Source of the DNA: the human T2T-CHM13v2.0 reference genome, Homo sapiens | Length of the DNA stretch: 64,000 nucleotides | Direction: 5' to 3' (one strand) | NCBI RefSeq assembly: GCF_009914755.1 | Contig: NC_060925.1 | Notes under the pieces: model-generated | The model's input: the letters and a program-made list of their open reading frames with translations, nothing else | Told to the model about the DNA's origin: nothing | The model's database searches: none | Made by a program: the position numbers and the translations under genes | Part shown: one piece after another, positions 1 through 64,000 of the stretch | Numbering within the stretch: position 1 is the first letter of the stretch | How the letters are laid out: each line of letters opens with the position of its first letter

Positions 1-259
1 ATAAAATAAAATAAAATAAAATAATAAAAACATGCCATATACTGGGCACGGAAATACAAGATGAGTCTTTTCCCAAGGGAGCTCATTTCTAGAGGTGGAG
101 ACAGATAATGAACTCATCATATAGCCCGCACTCTATTTGAAATTGCAACAATTCCCCTTCCCTTCCCTGTCCCCCCACCACCCCCAAATTTCCTGGTGTA
201 TGAGACAGTGATAAAGGACGTACACCAGAGGGTTTGCTTTTTTGTTTTTGTTTTTTTGG

Positions 260-400
260 TTGTTTACTGTTCTTGTCTTCCCACTGGAATGTAAGGTCCA
301 TGAGAGTAGGGAATTTTTGTCTGTTTTATATCTCTACCCTGGCCTATAGTAATTGTTGAATAAATGAATAGACCCCAATAAATATTTGTTGAATGAATAG
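260..400 (+). mobile_element. L2 3'-end fragment
   Basis: gtaaggtccatgagagtaggga...aatatttgttgaatgaat. Confidence 0.55.
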
Positions 401-1130
401 GTGTCCAGATGGGAGGAAGGTCTCAGCCCCTATTCAATTCAAACCAAACAACTTTGATTCAAATCTCGGTGCTGTCAAATACTGTTGCATAACAGTATTT
501 ATGCAGTATAATTATTGCATACCTAATATATGATGATTAAATGAGTCCATGTGGGTTAAACACATAGAAGGTACCTGGTCTTACATAGTAATGAGCAACG
601 AGTTTGCAGATCATAGTGCGAGGGCTCGTTCTGGGTAGAGGCCCAAATACATTTAACCTGTGTAGCCAGAAGGTAGAGTAGGACCAGTGAGGGCTAGTGA
701 GGGAGGTAGACTTGCACGTCATGAAATGAAAAACTTTCTAAAAGCCGGCGTTTCCAAAGCCCCAACAACCGCTCTTGGCCAGGTGATGAGCGCCCTGTTC
801 CTGGAGGTATGTAGAACACGCATTTGAAGGCGCCAAGGTACAAGGGATTCAGGCATCGGATGGGACAGAGGCCGGGTGTCCCTGGGTCACCGTCCCTGAG
901 AGCGCTGTACGGGAGCTAGGCGTGGGCCATGAGCGTGCTCGCCTGGCAGTGTTGGTGCCCGGTCCGTGGAGACGTCCGTGGGCGTCCAGACCCAGCCGCG
1001 GGGCCTCATGGCGGGGAGGATGCGGGAGCGGGGGAGGGGCGCGCCAGGGCTAGCGGGCGGCCGGACCCGCTGCAGCACCCGCCGTGGCCAGCAGGGAGCG
1101 CCGCGAGACCGCCGAACCCGCGGCCGGGCC

Positions 1131-1138
1131 TGACGTCA
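1131..1138. promoter_or_regulatory. Perfect CRE (TGACGTCA)
   Basis: Palindrome CTGACGTCAG ~170 bp upstream of ATG inside the CpG island. Confidence 0.65.
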
Positions 1139-1301
1139 GCGCCCCGCTTGCTCCGGCTCCCGCTCTGGACTCGGCGCCAGTCCCGCTCCGCGCCGCGCCG
1201 CTCCGCTCCGGCTCGGGCTCCGGCTCGCCTCGGGCTGGGCTCGGGCTCCGGGGGCGGCGTCCCCCGCGCCGGGCCCCGGGACGGGCGGCGACGCTCCAAC
1301 C

Positions 1302-56674
<55,373 letters not shown>

Positions 56675-57385
56675 GTGAGTGCCCGGCCCTCCTACCCCTT
56701 CTTCATGGCTCTGGGGCTCCCAACCTGAGACAATAGGGTCCCCACATCAGGTGAGTTCTGTAACACCTGCAACCAAAAGTGAAGCATCTGTGGTGCTCCT
56801 GCTGGATACCTTCTGGATATAGAGCCAGCACAGGTGGCGTTTTTGCATTGTGTACTAGAGGAGCTTGCAAGGAATTCTGCTAGCAAAAGAGGAATGCAAG
56901 GTCCATTGTGACAATCGTCAAGGAGGAGGTGCTGCTGTAGGATCAGAGGGATCAGAGTGGCCTCACCCCTTATTGAGCACCTGTTATGTGAGAGGTGGGG
57001 ATACAGTGGCTGAGAGAGACCGATATAGAGTCAGACCTGGGCTTACCTCTCCCTTTCTTAGCTGTGTGACCTGGGGCAAGTCACTTAAGCCCTCTGGATG
57101 TCTGTTTCCTTGTGTATAAAATGGGAATGCAGATTGCCTCTGCTAGTAGGGCCGATGTGAAGACTAAATGAGATAATGTGTGCAAAATCACTTAGGGCTG
57201 TGCTTGTATTCACAGAATATAGTGAGTCAGCCGTTATGTACTAGGTCTGTGTCATAACTTGCTTCATCCCACATCTTTTTATTCTGTTTAGTGTTGATTT
57301 GTACAGAAGAGAATATGTAATGTTTATGAAAGTCATAAAATCATAACAATACAACAAACAGCAATGAACCTCATTGGTGAATTAG

Positions 57386-58423
<1,038 letters not shown>

Positions 58424-59699
58424 CTTTTGGGGGTAGTTTTACCATGTGTACATATATCCCCAAACAACGCATTGTATAGTTTTGCTCATTTTCATCCTTT
58501 ATAAAAATGAAATCACACACTACTTAACTCCACATCATATTTAAATTTACCCATGTGGATGTTTTGCTGCAGTTCATTTACTTTCTCTGATGCGTAGTTT
58601 CCCATTGTATGGCTGTATCACAATTGACTTCTCCATTCTGCCATCCATGGGCATTCGATTGGTTTTTAGTTTTCTTGTTATCACAAATGAGACTGCTGTG
58701 AATATTCTGATGTGGATGTCTAGATGCACCTGCACACAAGGTTCTAGAAATAGAATTGCTGGATTATGGAGTACGTGCATCTTCAGCTTAATAAGAGTGC
58801 CAAGTTGCTTTCCAAAGCAACTCTGCCTGTTTTCTTTCCTAGCAGCAGTGTGTAAGACTTTCTGTTGCTCTACATCAAGATCAAAATTTGCCAGTCTTTT
58901 TCACTTCTGCCACATTAGTTTGTATAAAATGGTAATTCTCTATAGTCTTAATTTGCATTTCACTGATGACTAATGAAGTTGAACGTATTTTCAAGTCATC
59001 AATGGCCATTCAGGTCTCTTTTTCCGTGAAATGCCTGTTCATGTCTTTCACCTAATTTTCTATTGGGTTTTCTGTTGCTTTCTTAGTGGTTTTTAGGAGT
59101 TCTTTATATATTTAGGATAATAATCATTTGTCACTTGTGAATTGCAAATATCTCCTCCCAATTTGTGGCTTATCTTCCTAGGTTATTTATAGTGTCTTTG
59201 GATGAACAGAAGATTTTTATTTTTGTGTATTTAAATTCATCAGTCTTTTTCTTTGTGATTTCTACTTTTTGTGTTTTTTAAAGAAGTTTTCCCTATCCAA
59301 AGTTATAAAATATTTTTTGCTTTTTTTCTAGAACTTATAACATTTTACATTTTATATTTAAATCTTTATCCATCTGGAATTGATTTTTGTGTGTGGTGGT
59401 ATAAGTTAAGGATTTTATTTTTTCCATGGTGATAAGCCACTGTCCCAGCATCATTTATTATAGTTCACGCTTTCCCTGCTGATTTGCAGTGCCATCTTTC
59501 TCGCACACCCCGTTTCTACAGATAAGTAGATCATTTTTCAGTTCCCTGTTTCTTTCATTGGTTGGTTTGGTTGATTCCTAACCACACGGTCTAATTATTG
59601 AGGCTATTTAAGTCTTGATATCTGAAACATGAAGCTGTGCCAACTTTGTGCTTCATCAAGGATGTCTTGGCTATTTTTGTTTTCATTCTCTCTCTCTTT

Positions 59700-59995
59700 C
59701 TTAATGAGATAGGATCTAGCTCTGTCACCCAGGCTGGAGTGCAGTGGCACAATCTGGGCTCACTGCAACCTTCGTCTTCCGGGCTCAAGCGATCTCCCAC
59801 CTCAGCCTCCCGAGGAGCTGGGACTACAGGGGCGCACCACCATGCCTGGCTAATCTTTGCATTTTTTTTTTTTTGGTAGAGACGGGGTTTCACTATGTTA
59901 CTCCAGGCTGGTCTCAAACTCCTGGGCTCCAGTGATCTGCCCGCCTCAGCCTCCCAAAGTGTTGGGATTACAGGCATGAGCCATCACGCTCGGCT
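59700..59995 (-). mobile_element. AluJ
   Basis: Antisense Alu consensus. Confidence 0.88.
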
Positions 59996-60326
59996 AATTC
60001 TCTTTGTTATAAATTTTAGAGTCATCTCTTTAAGTTTCTTGAAAAACTTTGTTGGATGGTTTTGTATTGAATTTATAGATCAATTTGGAAGAATCGCCAT
60101 CTTATGAAATTGTCTTTCCACCCATGAAAGTGATTTATATTGCCCCATTTATTTAGGTCTTGAATGTCTTTCAATAATTCTCTCCATAAAATCTTGTACA
60201 TCTTTTTTTAGATAGATGTCCCTAGGTTCTTTATTTTTGACTTCTATTGCAAATGGTACACTTTTCAAATATTACATTTCCATTTCTTATATAGAGAAAT
60301 GCAGTTTATTTTTGATTGCATATTGA

Positions 60327-60641
<315 letters not shown>

Positions 60642-61141
60642 TTATATACGTACTTCTCGATATGCTTTCTTATTCTCATTTCTCTGTAGAATGTTTCAGG
60701 CTTTCTGAGCAGTTAAAGGATCTGTGAATATCCTTTGCAGAAGAAATAGTTGTTTTTTCTTTCCCACTTCTTATTCTTTTTCCCCATGTTTTTTTGGCTG
60801 GGACCTCCGGTACTGTGTTGAATAGACTGGTTGTAGCTGGAATCCTTGTCTTCTTTTCCTGACTTTAACAGGAATGTTTCTAACATTTAAACACAGAATG
60901 AAGATTGCTTTGGGGTTTTGGTAGAAATGTTTTTATCAGGCTAACCAAATTCCTTTTAGTTTTTAGTTTGCTGAGAGGTTTTAAGTGGGCATTAAACTTA
61001 CCAAATACTTTTTTCTGCAATTATTGTGATAATTATTTTTTCCCCTTTTGTCTGCTAATGGGATGAGTGACATTTTTAGATTTTTAAAAAATTACCTTAA
61101 ATTCCTGGGATAAATTCAACTTGGTCATGATGATTATGATG

Positions 61142-61471
61142 TTTCCTTTCCTTTCTTTTTTTTTTTTTTTTCTTTTTGAGATAGGGTTTCACTCTGTTGC
61201 CCAGGCTGGACTATAGTGGTGTGATCATGGTTCACTGCAACCTCGACCTCCTGGGCTCAAGTGATCCTCCTACCTCAGCCTCCTGAATAGCTGGGATGAC
61301 AGGTGCCCACTGTCATGCCTTGCTACTTTGTTTTTTTTTTTTTGTATTTTTTGTAGAGACAGGGTTTTGTCATGTTGTCCAGGTTGGTCTTGAACCCCTG
61401 GGCCCAAGCGATTTACTTGTCTTTGCCTCTCAAAGTGCTGGGATTACAGGTGTGAGCCACCGTGTCTGGCC
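61142..61471 (-). mobile_element. AluJ
   Basis: Antisense Alu consensus. Confidence 0.88.
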
Positions 61472-61702
61472 AGATTTTAAAGTTCTAATTTGGTATATTT
61501 AAAGGACTAAACAACTATTCAGGCTTTCTATTTTTTTAAAAATAGAAAGTTATATTTTTGATAAGTTATATTTGTCTAGGTATTTGGCCATTTTATTTAT
61601 GTTTTTAAACTCAGTGTTATGCACTTATTAATCATATTCTCCTTGTAATCTCTCTTATTAAATTTTCACCATTTTATACCATTTTACCCTGCTTAGTAGC
61701 TG

Positions 61703-62021
<319 letters not shown>

Positions 62022-62626
62022 TAACCCTTCAGCTTACAAATCAGGAAACAGAGGCTTGGAGAGGGGAAGTCACTTGTCCAGGTTAAACAGCCAGAAAGTG
62101 GCAGAGTCAGGACTTAAATGCAAGTCTTTCTGAATTGCAAATTTGTTTCTACTGCATCATGCTGCACCTCGAGGGATGGGTAGGATTCAGACCGCAGAGA
62201 TGGGAAGGAAAGGGCATGTGTAGAGGAGGCACCGTATGTGCAAATGTGTGGTGATAGGCATGGGAGGAGACAGGGAGAGGTGTGACTGCACTAAATCCTC
62301 CAGTGGGTGCTAGAGAGAGCGGGAGATCAGGGTGGTGTGGGCTCATGCCTAACCGCTGAGTCTTGTTGAGAGACAGAGAGAGGCAGGAAACATGGGCTCT
62401 GCTCCTGGGATTCACTGATGAGTTGGGGAGTCAGGACTGACCCAGGGAAGTTGGGACCAGGCTAATTGCTATGTGGATAGTGGGGACAATCAGTGCTGTT
62501 AGTTTTGAGAAAATATGCCCTTGGGCAGGAGTGGTCAGCATTTTGGTGAGATGGGTATGGTTGACTGATGGTGAGGAGGAAGGGGCACTGAGCCTGGGCA
62601 GAGGTGATGGTTGGAAACTCAAAAGG

Positions 62627-63357
<731 letters not shown>

Positions 63358-64000
63358 TTAATCAGGGAAGCAGAGAGAGCAGTGGGGACAGCAGGGTCTC
63401 AGAGTCAGGTGGATTCAAGCCTGGGTTTGAATCCTAGTGCTTCCATTTAATGAGCAAGTAGCTTAACTCTTCTGGGCCTCAGTTTTCTCGTTTGCACAAG
63501 AGGAACAATGATAGTGCCCCTGCCATACGGATATTCTAAGGAATAAATGACTTAAGAATTGTGCTGGGCACTCAATATGTTAGATATGGCTAGCTCTTAT
63601 TACAGGCTGTGCTTCTGTAGGAAAGAAACTTACTTGCTAATTGCAAACAGTGGAGGAAAAGTTTGGGGTGCTACCACATTGAATAACTGGGGGCCTCTCC
63701 TCATCTGAGGGTGGTGGGAATCAGGGAAAGTGCCATCACTGAGGGAGGGCTGAGGATTTTCATTTCCAGAAGAAGAAACTGAGACCCAGAGAGGTCAAGG
63801 AACTTGAGCCAGAATTTGAATTCAGGTCTCTCTGACTCCAAACCTAGTGTTCTTTTTTCTGGGCCTCAGCCCTCCCCATAAAGCATCAGCTGTCCAGTGG
63901 TTACTCACAGAAGATGTTCCACAGTCACGATGGTGCTAGGAAGAGCCTGGGAGAGTCCCAAAGTGGAGACTTTGAAGGTGGGCCTATGGGCAAACTGGTC

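Overview
Primate (by all appearances human) genomic DNA containing the 5' two-thirds of PTPRU (receptor protein tyrosine phosphatase U / PTP-lambda / PCP-2, R2B family) on the + strand. I traced 16 coding exons from ATG 1302 to 56674. All have GT-AG boundaries and consistent phases, and together they encode signal peptide, MAM, Ig, four FNIII domains (with a furin-type RARRLRR site), the transmembrane helix and the start of the juxtamembrane region. A 30-nt Tyr-rich microexon (54331-54360) is absent from the supplied ORF track. The phosphatase domains lie beyond the window. There is a promoter CpG island, an intragenic CpG island over exons 4-7, more than 30 Alus (mostly antisense), nested L1/L2/DNA transposons, a MER21 LTR carrying a MADE1 hairpin, and several simple repeats. 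Nearly all non-exonic ORFs in the track are GC-, simple-repeat- or Alu-derived artefacts. I cannot demonstrate a new biological system from sequence alone. The best unexplained structures are: a cryptic ~155-160-bp-period TGCA-rich array in intron 1; a same-strand cluster of nine RGGTCA half-sites; two stop-containing pseudo-exons next to UG tracts (TDP-43-type layout); an exon 8 flanked by inverted Alus that could circularise into a stop-free ORF; and a candidate second first exon. Repeat family names are by-eye recognition and their boundaries are approximate.
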